This document shows positions 9,321 to 16,948 of a stretch of 46,442 nucleotides of DNA, piece after piece. Source of the stretch: a virus (lineage: Duplodnaviria > Caudoviricetes); IMG/VR virus record IMGVR_UViG_3300033489_000016, positions 1 to 46,442 of that record. One strand, given 5' to 3'. The stretch's first letter is position 1; every line of letters begins with the position of its first letter. The notes under the pieces were generated by a model that saw only the letters and a program-made list of their open reading frames with translations, was not told the DNA's origin and did no database searches. Both the position numbers and the translations under genes were made by a program.

Positions 9321-10037
9321 TTTTACAGCTGCGCACTCACGTGCTATCGCGAGTACAATAGATTTGTTAGCTCTCCACCAATCGAGCACGTTGATGCCCA
9401 TATTATTAATTTCCTCATCCGTGAAATTTGTCCATTCTGCCGTAGTGTGATACTCGCAGCCGATCCGGATATGCTCTCGCTGGATGTGGCAGATCGACCA
9501 GCGACAAATTAACACTCGATCGGTCAGTGGCAAATTTACCCTGGAGAGACAGGCTCCGGAGAGATCAGCTCCGGAGAGAATTGTATCGGAGAGATCGACT
9601 CTGGAGAGATAGGCTCTGGAGAGATTGGCTCTGGAGAGGTTAGCTCCGGAGAGATTGACTCCGGAGAGATAGGCTCTGGAGAGAATTGTATCGGAGAGAT
9701 TGGCTCTGGAGAGATCGGCTCTGGAGAGGTTAGCTCCGGAGAGATCGGCTCTGGAGAGATCAGCTCCGGAGAGAATTGTATCGGAAAGATTGACTCTGGA
9801 GAGATCGGCTCTGGAGAGATTGGCTCTGGAGAGGTTAGCTCCGGAGAGATTGGCTCCGGAGAGATAGGCTCTGGAGAGAATTGTATCGGAGAGATCGGCT
9901 CTGGAGAGATCGGCTCTGGAGAGGTTAGCTCCGGAGAGATTGGCTCCGGAGAGATCGACTCCGGAGAGATCGGCTCCGGAGAGATTGGCCTCTCGTGTAG
10001 TAATCAATATTACACCGTTTTTATTTTTGATTTCCAT
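9309..10037 (-). CDS. Pentapeptide repeat protein with conserved C-terminal domain (IGCEYH...EW...WW)
   Basis: About 30 A(N/D)LS(G/R) pentapeptides encoded by 15-bp tandem repeats; C-terminus paralogous to 10453-11010. Confidence 0.92.
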   Translation of the reverse strand: MEIKNKNGVILITTREANLSGADLSGVDLSGANLSGANLSRADLSRADLSDTILSRAYLSGANLSGANLSRANLSRADLSRVNLSDTILSGADLSRADLSGANLSRADLSRANLSDTILSRAYLSGVNLSGANLSRANLSRAYLSRVDLSDTILSGADLSGACLSRVNLPLTDRVLICRWSICHIQREHIRIGCEYHTTAEWTNFTDEEINNMGINVLDWWRANKSIVLAIARECAAVKNRP

Positions 10038-10055
10038 TTATTTCTCCTATTAGTT

Positions 10056-10130
10056 GGCCTCTTCGGCCGGTTGATCAATCTGCCCGTTGCGAGCCCGACC
10101 GAAGTCAGGCGCTCGCGGGAAGGGGGGTTA
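10056..10130 (-). repeat. Junction hairpin copy 2 (GGCC-GAAGA-GGCC) plus long stem-loop element A
   Basis: Minus strand: TAACCCCCCTT-CCC-GCGAGC-GC-CTGAC-TTCG-GTCGG-GCTCGC-AAC-GGG-CAGATTGATC-AACCGGCCGAAGAGGCC. Confidence 0.85.
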
Positions 10131-10167
10131 GCAGGCCTCCGCCCAACCACCACAATCGGGACAACCG

Positions 10168-10422
10168 CTAACACATGTAGTCGCCCAATTTCATCTTCTT
10201 CAACACACATTCCCGGCAGCCCCAAACGCTAAGCCCGTCATATGGATAACAGCGCACCCCGTGCCACACCTCGCCCACCTCTTTGCCGCACACGTCGCAC
10301 ACGCCATAACGTGCTGATGACGCATAGGTGCTATAGGCGTAATGACTTTTAGAGGCGGCCACCATCTCAGGGTGTCTTACCTGCCTGAGTTCGTGATCTA
10401 GTCCCGTTCTTGTTTTATCCAT
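10168..10422 (-). CDS. Small Zn-ribbon protein (CDVC...CREC)
   Basis: AGGAG RBS after the junction repeat; two CxxC pairs. Confidence 0.7.
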   Translation of the reverse strand: MDKTRTGLDHELRQVRHPEMVAASKSHYAYSTYASSARYGVCDVCGKEVGEVWHGVRCYPYDGLSVWGCRECVLKKMKLGDYMC

Positions 10423-10438
10423 TTATCTCTCCTATCAT

Positions 10439-10454
10439 GGCCTCGCGGCCGGTT
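10439..10454 (-). repeat. Junction hairpin repeat, copy 3 (AACCGGCC-GCGA-GGCC)
   Basis: The TAA stop of the upstream gene overlaps the AA of the repeat. Confidence 0.9.
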
Positions 10455-11010
10455 ATTTCTTATACGGCTCGCACTCGCGTGCTATCGCGAGTATAATGGT
10501 TTTATTAGCTCGCCACCAATCGAGCGCTAGTGGATCCATCTGCTTTATTTCGGCATCGGAGAAATTCTCCCACTCTGCCGTGGTGTGGTACTCGCAGCCG
10601 ATGCGGATGAATTCGCGCTGGATGTGGCAGATCGACCAACGAGAAATTAACACGCGATCGGTCAGTGGCAAATTTACCCTGTAGAGATTGGCCCTGTAGA
10701 GATTGGCCTTGGAGAGGTCGGCCTCGGAGAGATTGGCTACGGAGAGGTTGGCCTCGGAGAGATTGGCTCCGGAGAGATTGGCACCGGAGAGGTTGGCACC
10801 GGAGAGATTGGCTCCGTAGAGGACGGCCCGGGAGAGGTCGGCCTCGTAGAGATTGGCTCCGGAGAGATTGGCCTCGTAGAGATCCGCCTCGTAGAGATCC
10901 GCGCCCGCAAGATCCGCGCGCGAAAGATCCGCGCGCGAAAGATCCGCCTTTCGCGGCGTATCAGAGCTACTAGTATATATTATCTTACCATCTCTGTTTT
11001 TGATTTCCAT
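10453..11010 (-). CDS. Pentapeptide repeat protein, paralog of 9309-10037
   Basis: Start MEIKNRDG at 11010 behind AGGAG; about 19 pentapeptides; near-identical C-terminal domain. Confidence 0.92.
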   Translation of the reverse strand: MEIKNRDGKIIYTSSSDTPRKADLSRADLSRADLAGADLYEADLYEANLSGANLYEADLSRAVLYGANLSGANLSGANLSGANLSEANLSVANLSEADLSKANLYRANLYRVNLPLTDRVLISRWSICHIQREFIRIGCEYHTTAEWENFSDAEIKQMDPLALDWWRANKTIILAIARECEPYKK

Positions 11011-11029
11011 TTCATCTCTCCTATTACTT

Positions 11030-11128
11030 GGCCTCACGGCCGGTTAATCCATCTGCCCGTTGCGAGCCCGATTGCTCGGCTGGGGGCTCAGGCAACTACA
11101 CCCTGAGCCGATCGCCCAACGGTCGGGA
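11030..11128 (-). repeat. Junction hairpin copy 4 plus long stem-loop element B (three-way junction variant)
   Basis: Minus strand: CCGTTG...GGCTCAGG-GTGTAGTTG-CCTGAGCC...CCGA-GCAA-TCGG-GCTCG-CAACGGG-CAGATGGATT-AACCGGCCGTGAGGCC. Confidence 0.85.
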
Positions 11129-12196
11129 CTATGCCAGCGGCACAATCACTACCACGTCTACGCCGCCGACAGACCAGCAGATTTTCGCGGCATTAAATTT
11201 GTTACTTCTCACGGACTCCTCCTCGCCATCATCATCTTCCTCCGTGCTCTCATCCCAACAGAGTACGGCCGAAATTGTCGCGCCATCGGGCATCCCCGCC
11301 TCGGCCTTTTTTAGCGCGGCAAACTCGGCATTGGTTAGCTCCTCGGCTGTCTCACTATACGTGTATTTTGGATTTGGCTCGGGATAGCCGGCGTCATTCC
11401 GCAACATACATCTGATCGCCCGTAGCACCTCTTTTTCCGCCGCATAACCGGCTTCCGCACGCTCGCGCAACGACTGAGGCAATCGCGCGAACACCGCGGC
11501 ATACTCTGCCTCGACCAGCGCTTTCTCCGCGGCTTCCGCGCGTTCTTTTTCCGCGTCCGCGCGTTCTTTTTCCGCGCGCAGTGCCACCAATTGGGGGCCG
11601 ATCCTATCCTTGATTTCCTCGCGCGCGGCCTCAACGCGTTTCTCCGCGTCTTTCAGCAGCGCCTGTTTTTCCGGCGATGCTGAGTTGACGGTAGAGGTAG
11701 ATATAGGGATATGCGGCCACATCACGGCGATCCGGACATAGCCTCTCTCGTACGGGTAATAGTCGGGTTCTTCTCCTGACTCGCGGAGGAACAGAAACCC
11801 GTTTTCAAACATACCCCCTCTAGCCAATATCTCGTCGATTTTCCGATCGTTTTCTGCCCGATCGGCCTTGCGGCGTTCCTCTTTCACCGTCCAATCCATC
11901 AGGGCAGCCTGGTTTACCCGCACGACAGCCTCATGCAGGCCGTCCAACGTGGGCGCGATCAACTGGATGTGGTGATAGCCGTGATAAGACTGATCACCCC
12001 TGGCGATAGCGGGGAAGTCGTCGTATCGTATGCCCATTTTTGTACAATCGTGGCCGTCGTTAATTACGGCGGCCAAAATATCCCGCTCTAGCTGTGATAG
12101 CTCTGCCGGGTCCACGTCCAGCGTGACGGTACTGCTCGGCGCATTGATTCCGAGCCGAAGAGCTTCGGTCTGATTTACATTGAATAACATTTTCAT
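11129..12196 (-). CDS. Hypothetical protein with coiled-coil segments (355 aa)
   Basis: Long ORF; AGGAG RBS before the ATG at 12196. Confidence 0.8.
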   Translation of the reverse strand: MKMLFNVNQTEALRLGINAPSSTVTLDVDPAELSQLERDILAAVINDGHDCTKMGIRYDDFPAIARGDQSYHGYHHIQLIAPTLDGLHEAVVRVNQAALMDWTVKEERRKADRAENDRKIDEILARGGMFENGFLFLRESGEEPDYYPYERGYVRIAVMWPHIPISTSTVNSASPEKQALLKDAEKRVEAAREEIKDRIGPQLVALRAEKERADAEKERAEAAEKALVEAEYAAVFARLPQSLRERAEAGYAAEKEVLRAIRCMLRNDAGYPEPNPKYTYSETAEELTNAEFAALKKAEAGMPDGATISAVLCWDESTEEDDDGEEESVRSNKFNAAKICWSVGGVDVVVIVPLA

Positions 12197-12283
12197 TATA
12201 TTTCTCCTATTGTCGTCAATCTCAATACTCGCTTGTCTGTGGGTAGCGACGAGCACATCGATTGACTGTTTGTTTTTTTTTCC

Positions 12284-12331
12284 GATTCATGCTACCCGTG
12301 AGATCCAGCGAATTCGCCCGCTGAATCCGGA
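12284..12331 (-). repeat. Divergent long stem-loop element D (no GGCC core)
   Basis: Minus strand TCCG-GATTCAGCG-GGCGAATT-CGCTGGATC-T-CACGGG-TAGCATGAATC resembles CAACGGG-TAGATGGATTC of element C. Confidence 0.5.
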
Positions 12332-12350
12332 CGCGTAACACGCATCCTCC

Positions 12351-12620
12351 TTATTTCATGTTTGCCGCTTCTTTTTCTAACCCGATAGCTTCTTTGATGT
12401 GTTTCTTTACGCCCATACCACGCGCGGCTAATTCGCGTAATTGCGCGGCTCGCCTCAAAAGAACCTCCCGTTCCGTTGGCTGAACAGGAGCAGCCCGCCG
12501 CATGTTACCAAACAGTTCCTCGGCGAGCCGCTTCTGCGCCGCCCTTCTCGCCCTTCTCGACATCCGGCCATTCGGGCTACTGAGTGCTATACTCTCGACC
12601 ATCGTGTCTCGTTTATCCAT
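12351..12620 (-). CDS. Small basic hypothetical protein (89 aa)
   Basis: GAGGAG RBS after the junction repeat; start MDKRDTMVESIALSSPNG; Arg-rich and helical. Confidence 0.75.
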   Translation of the reverse strand: MDKRDTMVESIALSSPNGRMSRRARRAAQKRLAEELFGNMRRAAPVQPTEREVLLRRAAQLRELAARGMGVKKHIKEAIGLEKEAANMK

Positions 12621-12816
12621 CCCATTGCTCCTCTTTCTGGCCTCGCGGCCGGTTGATCCTCCATACAACACCTCGGACAACAAACCGGTGCGCCGCAACT
12701 ATTGCAGCGATTAATTAATTTAGTGCCGCAGTATTCACACCTTTCATCTATATGGGATGGCCATCCCATTCAGATAATTTATCAACTTGTTTTCCCGTGT
12801 ATTCGTCGTAATACAT
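12587..12816 (-). pseudogene. Small Cys-rich Zn-finger gene apparently broken by a 2-bp duplication
   Basis: MYYDEYTGKQVDKLSEWDGHPI then TAG (12750-12748). Removing AT from CCCATATAGAT fuses it to DERCEYCGTKLINRCNSCGAPVCCPRCC. Confidence 0.55.
12639..12654 (-). repeat. Junction hairpin repeat, copy 5 (AACCGGCC-GCGA-GGCC)
   Basis: Direct match; followed by AGAAAGAGGAG RBS. Confidence 0.9.
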
Positions 12817-12829
12817 TGATCCCCTTTCT

Positions 12830-12897
12830 GGCCTCACGGCCGTGGAATCCATCTACCCGTTGTGCGCCCCTCTCACAGGCGCTCGCGGGATGGGGGA
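12830..12897 (-). repeat. Junction hairpin copy 6 plus long stem-loop element C
   Basis: Minus strand, after the TAA stop: TCCCCCATCCCGCGAGCGCCTGTGAGAGGGGCGCACAACGGGTAGATGGATTCCACGGCCGTGAGGCC. Confidence 0.85.
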
Positions 12898-13071
12898 TTA
12901 GTCGGCGCAATCATCCTCCTGGCTCTTGCGCCGCCGCAACTCGCGTACAGCCGCTCGCCGATCCCACCCTAGCCTACTACCGTTATCGGCTGGCTGCCGG
13001 TGATATCCGGCGTCGTCCTCATACGCTACATAGTACCCATTCGCGCCTTCATATATTTTGTAGATACTCAT
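12898..13071 (-). CDS. Small hypothetical protein (57 aa, not in the ORF track)
   Basis: MSIYKIYEGANGYYVAYEDDAGYHRQPADNGSRLGWDRRAAVRELRRRKSQEDDCAD; GAGG RBS; exactly fills the space between two junction elements. Confidence 0.75.
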   Translation of the reverse strand: MSIYKIYEGANGYYVAYEDDAGYHRQPADNGSRLGWDRRAAVRELRRRKSQEDDCAD

Positions 13072-13087
13072 TTTATCCTCTTTTTCT

Positions 13088-13103
13088 GGCCTCGCGGCCG
13101 GTT
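13088..13103 (-). repeat. Junction hairpin repeat, copy 7 (AACCGGCC-GCGA-GGCC)
   Basis: Overlaps the TAA stop of the HNH gene. Confidence 0.9.
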
Positions 13104-13494
13104 ATTGTTTTCTCGTTTTTCGAATTTTTTCAAGGCGCCGACCCTCGACTCTATCGAGCGGCCGGCGCACCAACGCGCGAATCCGGCGCGCAACGCGACT
13201 CGCGTTAATCCCGCGCGCCCTCAACCGCCCCAGCCACCCGCGCGTCGTGAGAGCCTGTTTTGCCGAGTTGCAGTGCGCGCGCGCTGTCACCAGATTACTC
13301 GGGTCGTTGCTCCCGCCGAGCTCCACTGGTACCAAATGGTCCAATGTCAACCCTACCCCATGCTCCTCACCCGCGGCCCCGCAATAAACGCAACAGAATC
13401 CGTCCCGGTGATAAATCGCAAGCCTCGTCGACAGCCTCACCCAATTCATGCCCTGCCCATCGATTCGTTTTCCGGTTCCGCGCTCGCTCTGCAT
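13102..13494 (-). CDS. HNH endonuclease-family protein, first gene of the reverse island
   Basis: RLAIYHRDGFCCVYCG...LTLDHLVPVELGGSNDPSNLVTARAHCNSAK; the ATG at 13494 fits a leaderless transcript. Confidence 0.85.
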   Translation of the reverse strand: MQSERGTGKRIDGQGMNWVRLSTRLAIYHRDGFCCVYCGAAGEEHGVGLTLDHLVPVELGGSNDPSNLVTARAHCNSAKQALTTRGWLGRLRARGINASRVARRIRALVRRPLDRVEGRRLEKIRKTRKQ

Positions 13495-13500
13495 AATTAC

Positions 13501-13529
13501 AGTATGGCGCACGCCATACCGCAAATCAA
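13501..13529 (-). promoter_or_regulatory. Sigma70-type promoter TTGATT-N17-CATACT with overlapping palindromic operator
   Basis: -35 at 13529-13524, -10 at 13506-13501; inverted repeat GTATGGCG-CA-CGCCATAC at 13502-13519. Confidence 0.7.
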
Positions 13530-13620
13530 CAAAACACCAACTCATCGATGTTGATTTAAAAACAGATGTTCAGTATCAGCGCGCGGTGACTTAACAGAAT
13601 CGGTTTGCTATTCTCCTTTA

Positions 13621-14046
13621 ATGGCGTGCGGACACGAGGAGGTTTACGGCGGTGCTGGAATAGTTCCGGGAGGACTGTCGGCTGCGGGGCTTTCGGGGTT
13701 ACTTACAATATCGATTGATTCGGTTAATCCCGAAATCAAAAATTTTGTACCAGCCATAGGATCCGTGATTGGAAGGACGGATTACGTCCAATTTGATGTA
13801 ACTGATGACACGTCCGAATTTACGATAATTTTTGTAATTGCTAGTTTCCCAGACGGATCGTGTGAGTGTGTGTGGGATGGCGATTCATTTCGTCCTCGGT
13901 ATTTAGCGGGATCGTCTCGGGTACCCATTGAATGTGGATTCCGTTTTACGATTCGGCGAACGGGTGGTTGGCCCAGCGCATCGATTCTGGTTGAAACAAC
14001 TGCTATAGATCGTGGCTGTAACGTTGGTGTAGGAGTGTTTTCATGA
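13621..14046 (+). CDS. Hypothetical Ig-like virion protein
   Basis: Beta-rich 141 aa ORF coupled (ATGA) to the gp25-like gene. Confidence 0.6.
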   Translation: MACGHEEVYGGAGIVPGGLSAAGLSGLLTISIDSVNPEIKNFVPAIGSVIGRTDYVQFDVTDDTSEFTIIFVIASFPDGSCECVWDGDSFRPRYLAGSSRVPIECGFRFTIRRTGGWPSASILVETTAIDRGCNVGVGVFS

Positions 14047-14567
14047 CAGTGCCCGCCGAATGGTTGTTGGTTGCGGATCCGATTTCTCCACAGATGCTCG
14101 TTACAGATCCAGACGATCCTGGTGCGTTGCAACTTTCAGCCGAAGCATTTATAGGACGTGCACTGATTAGGCCTCTACGGCGAGAGCTCAAAATCGATTT
14201 TGTAAGTGCGACTGGTGCGCGTTTGATTGCCAGCGCGGTTGGTCAGGTTCTTGGTACACGCTGCGACACTGAAACGACGACTGGCGAGCTACCATGGCGT
14301 ACGGAGTTCGGATCACAACTTTACAGATTACGTAATAAAAACAACTCTATAGCGCTAGTCGAATTAGCGCGGCGTTACGTGGTAGGTGCGCTTGAACGTT
14401 GGGTTCCCCGAGTACGTGTTACCAACGTAAGAATCAGTCGGCAGTCATCGCTTAACGGTACGCAGGACGTATTGTCAATTCGAGTCTTCTACAAAATCGT
14501 TGACCAGCGAGGTTCCAACGGGACTGTTTTAGCGACTGGGCTCGAAACGGGGATTACTTTGGAGTAA
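14043..14567 (+). CDS. Baseplate wedge gp25 / gpW-like protein
   Basis: VLGT...GELPWRTEFGSQLYRL...ALERWVPRVRVTNV motif. Confidence 0.9.
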   Translation: MTVPAEWLLVADPISPQMLVTDPDDPGALQLSAEAFIGRALIRPLRRELKIDFVSATGARLIASAVGQVLGTRCDTETTTGELPWRTEFGSQLYRLRNKNNSIALVELARRYVVGALERWVPRVRVTNVRISRQSSLNGTQDVLSIRVFYKIVDQRGSNGTVLATGLETGITLE

Positions 14568-14576
14568 ATTCCAAGC

Positions 14577-16070
14577 ATGCCTCTTTTACCGCTCAATGTA
14601 GATTACACCGAAAAAGACTTTGATAGTCTACGCGAACGCGCGATCAATCTTGCGCATAGCGCTTTCCCCGATTGGTCTGATGATGACGTTGCAAACTTTG
14701 GCACTATCCTATTGGAGCTGTTTTCATATGTCGGTGATGTGCTTTTGTTTTATCAGGACAATCAAGCGAGGGAGTCTAGGATCTCTTTGGCACGATTGCG
14801 GAAATCATTGCTAGGCTTGGTAAAACTAATTAACTACACACCGCAAGGTGCTACGGCCTCTACCGTTGAATTAACATTCACTTTGGCGGCGGTGCCAGTT
14901 GCAAACGTAACAATCGCAGCAGGTGATACGTTTCGCACACTCGAAATTACGGACCCAATCGTTTTCCAAGCTGTGGCCAATACGGTTATTCCTGCAGGCA
15001 GCACACCTCCCGCGATTGTAATCATCGCCGAAAACAGCCTGCCAGCAACTCAAACGGCACTGTCGAGCGGTTTAGCAAATCAAGAGTTTCAACTCGATGG
15101 CTACCCCTACCTCGACAACTCGGTGGCGATTATTGCTTCTAACGGGGCTTACACGCAGGTCGCCGACTTCTTGGATTCGGCTTCGAGCGATCGGCATTAC
15201 ACGGTGGTGGTGGACGAAAACGACCGAGCAACCATTCGATTTGGAAACGACACGAACGGTGCGATTCCAGCGGGCACCATTTCATTTGCGTACAAAACGG
15301 GCGGCGGCGCGATTGGCAATGTTAATCCCGGAACAATAACGCGCGCGGATAAGGCGTATTCGGATGCATTCGGAAATCCCGTGCAAGTCACGGTTACGAA
15401 TGAGGCGAGAGCGAGTGGAGGATCCGACCGTCAAACGGTAGAGGGTATTCGAGCGCAGGCGCCGTTATCATTGCGCGCGTTAAGTCGCACGGTCGCGCGT
15501 GAGGATTTCGAGATCAATGCACTTAAGGTTCCAGGCGTTTCACGTGCGTTGATGCTTACCAAAAACGAACGTGCGGGGATTCTTGAAAATCAAGGCGAGC
15601 TGCACATTGTACCCGATGGGGGTGGTGTTCCAACGCCAACGCTTCTTGCCGCTGTTTTGACGATGGTAACCGTGACGTATCCATGCACGCTAACCTTCGT
15701 CGTTAACGTGATGAGCCCGACTTATAAAACCATCAATATTCAGACTTCAGTTTCTATTCGTACGGGTTATACGCCTTCAACAGTTGCGGCAAGCGTTCGT
15801 GCAAACTTGGCGACATTCTTCGCGCTTGAGAATGCGGACGGAAGCCCAAACGACGACATCGGTTTCGGGTATCAAATCGATAACGAGATCGCTTACAGCG
15901 ATATCTACAACGTAATCCGTGACACCTCTGGGGTTCGCAAACTCGCGGATACGCCGAGCGCTCTTATGCTAAACGGGTCGGCTGCCGACAGCGCTCTCGA
16001 GCCGTATGAATTTCCTGTTCTTGGGACCATAACAATTCTCGACGCCGCAACGGGATTAGTCATCGCATGA
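14577..16070 (+). CDS. Baseplate wedge J / gp6-like protein
   Basis: DYTEKDFDSLR, ILLELFSYVGDVLLFYQD, IRFGNDTNGAIP, ASGGSDRQTVEGIR and RTVAREDFE motifs. Confidence 0.92.
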   Translation: MPLLPLNVDYTEKDFDSLRERAINLAHSAFPDWSDDDVANFGTILLELFSYVGDVLLFYQDNQARESRISLARLRKSLLGLVKLINYTPQGATASTVELTFTLAAVPVANVTIAAGDTFRTLEITDPIVFQAVANTVIPAGSTPPAIVIIAENSLPATQTALSSGLANQEFQLDGYPYLDNSVAIIASNGAYTQVADFLDSASSDRHYTVVVDENDRATIRFGNDTNGAIPAGTISFAYKTGGGAIGNVNPGTITRADKAYSDAFGNPVQVTVTNEARASGGSDRQTVEGIRAQAPLSLRALSRTVAREDFEINALKVPGVSRALMLTKNERAGILENQGELHIVPDGGGVPTPTLLAAVLTMVTVTYPCTLTFVVNVMSPTYKTINIQTSVSIRTGYTPSTVAASVRANLATFFALENADGSPNDDIGFGYQIDNEIAYSDIYNVIRDTSGVRKLADTPSALMLNGSAADSALEPYEFPVLGTITILDAATGLVIA

Positions 16071-16939
16071 GCATAACGAATCCAGGCTTTGAAACCAAAG
16101 CTGCGGGCGCCGCGCCTGAAGGCAGGCCTTTGGGTTGGACGATCGTCGAGGCCGCTACTGAATTGGAGTTCGCGCAGTTTAGCAATTCGGGGGCGCTTGG
16201 CGACGAAGGCGAACCGCGAGATACTTTCGAGGAGGGCTGGCCCGATTTCACGCAAACGCTTATTGGAGGTTTGGTCGGAAGCAACTCCGAAATGGCGCTG
16301 TTCGACGTCGGTGCAAGCCCGCAGTTCTTCGAAGACTTCGAAACGTTGTGGGCAGATCCCGCGGGCTCCTTCGAAATCAGTTCCATCGAATTCGCGGAGT
16401 TCACAGGTTTAGATTGGGAAGCTTTTGAAACAGGATGGGGCGCGGTTCTCTACACGTTCACCAGCGGTGATTTGACCTTTGCGGCGTACGATACGACTCC
16501 GGAATCCTACGAGGATTACGAGGAGGATTGGAGTCTGAATCAAAATTCCTATGTGGCCACAGGAACGCCCATCGTGTGGACTCTCGCACTTTTTACGATC
16601 CCCTCAGGGACGAATGCATTTGACGGATTTGAAAGTGTTAAGCTGGATCAAGTGGTCGTAAGTTCGGATCCAAGCACAGAACGATTGACGGTTACCTCAC
16701 ATGGATTTGCGGCAGCAGCGCGTGTTTATCTTTACGCGCTTGACGACAATGAAAGCGTTTTGCCCGCGCCATTAAGCGATGAGCACCCCTACTTTGTTTT
16801 AAGTCCCGCCACTCACGATTTTCAGCTCGAGCAACAAATTGGATCGGGTACTATCAACCTTACAGACGAGGGGTTTGGGGTCTCGTACGTCAAAGCGGAT
16901 CCCGTTTATTATTGGACTTACGAGCTAACAGGAATTTAG
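16067..16939 (+). CDS. Acidic virion structural protein with internal FE..W repeats
   Basis: ITNPGFE start; repeated FEEGW/FETLW/FETGW/YEEDW; lies in the baseplate operon. Confidence 0.65.
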   Translation: MSITNPGFETKAAGAAPEGRPLGWTIVEAATELEFAQFSNSGALGDEGEPRDTFEEGWPDFTQTLIGGLVGSNSEMALFDVGASPQFFEDFETLWADPAGSFEISSIEFAEFTGLDWEAFETGWGAVLYTFTSGDLTFAAYDTTPESYEDYEEDWSLNQNSYVATGTPIVWTLALFTIPSGTNAFDGFESVKLDQVVVSSDPSTERLTVTSHGFAAAARVYLYALDDNESVLPAPLSDEHPYFVLSPATHDFQLEQQIGSGTINLTDEGFGVSYVKADPVYYWTYELTGI

Positions 16940-16948
16940 GAGCGTACA

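Noticed and set aside
9309-10680. Paralogous C-termini as a DGR template/variable repeat pair
   Set aside because: Both copies are coding, the differences are not confined to adenines, and there is no reverse transcriptase in the window.
10665-10973. Plus-strand RRDW-repeat ORF
   Set aside because: Antisense shadow of the pentapeptide repeats.
10073-12897. Long elements as hammerhead ribozymes, tRNAs or intrinsic terminators
   Set aside because: No CUGANGA/GAAA core, no cloverleaf or T-loop, and no U tract after the stems on the sense strand.
9305-13103. Junction repeats as a CRISPR array or integron attC sites
   Set aside because: Spacing is irregular and gene-sized, and the repeat is only 16 nt. 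No cas or integrase gene is present in the window, and no matching GTTRRRY end was found for the TAAC.
12702-13554. Plus-strand ORFs of 168 and 184 aa
   Set aside because: They overlap better-supported minus-strand genes that have RBSs and junction repeats.
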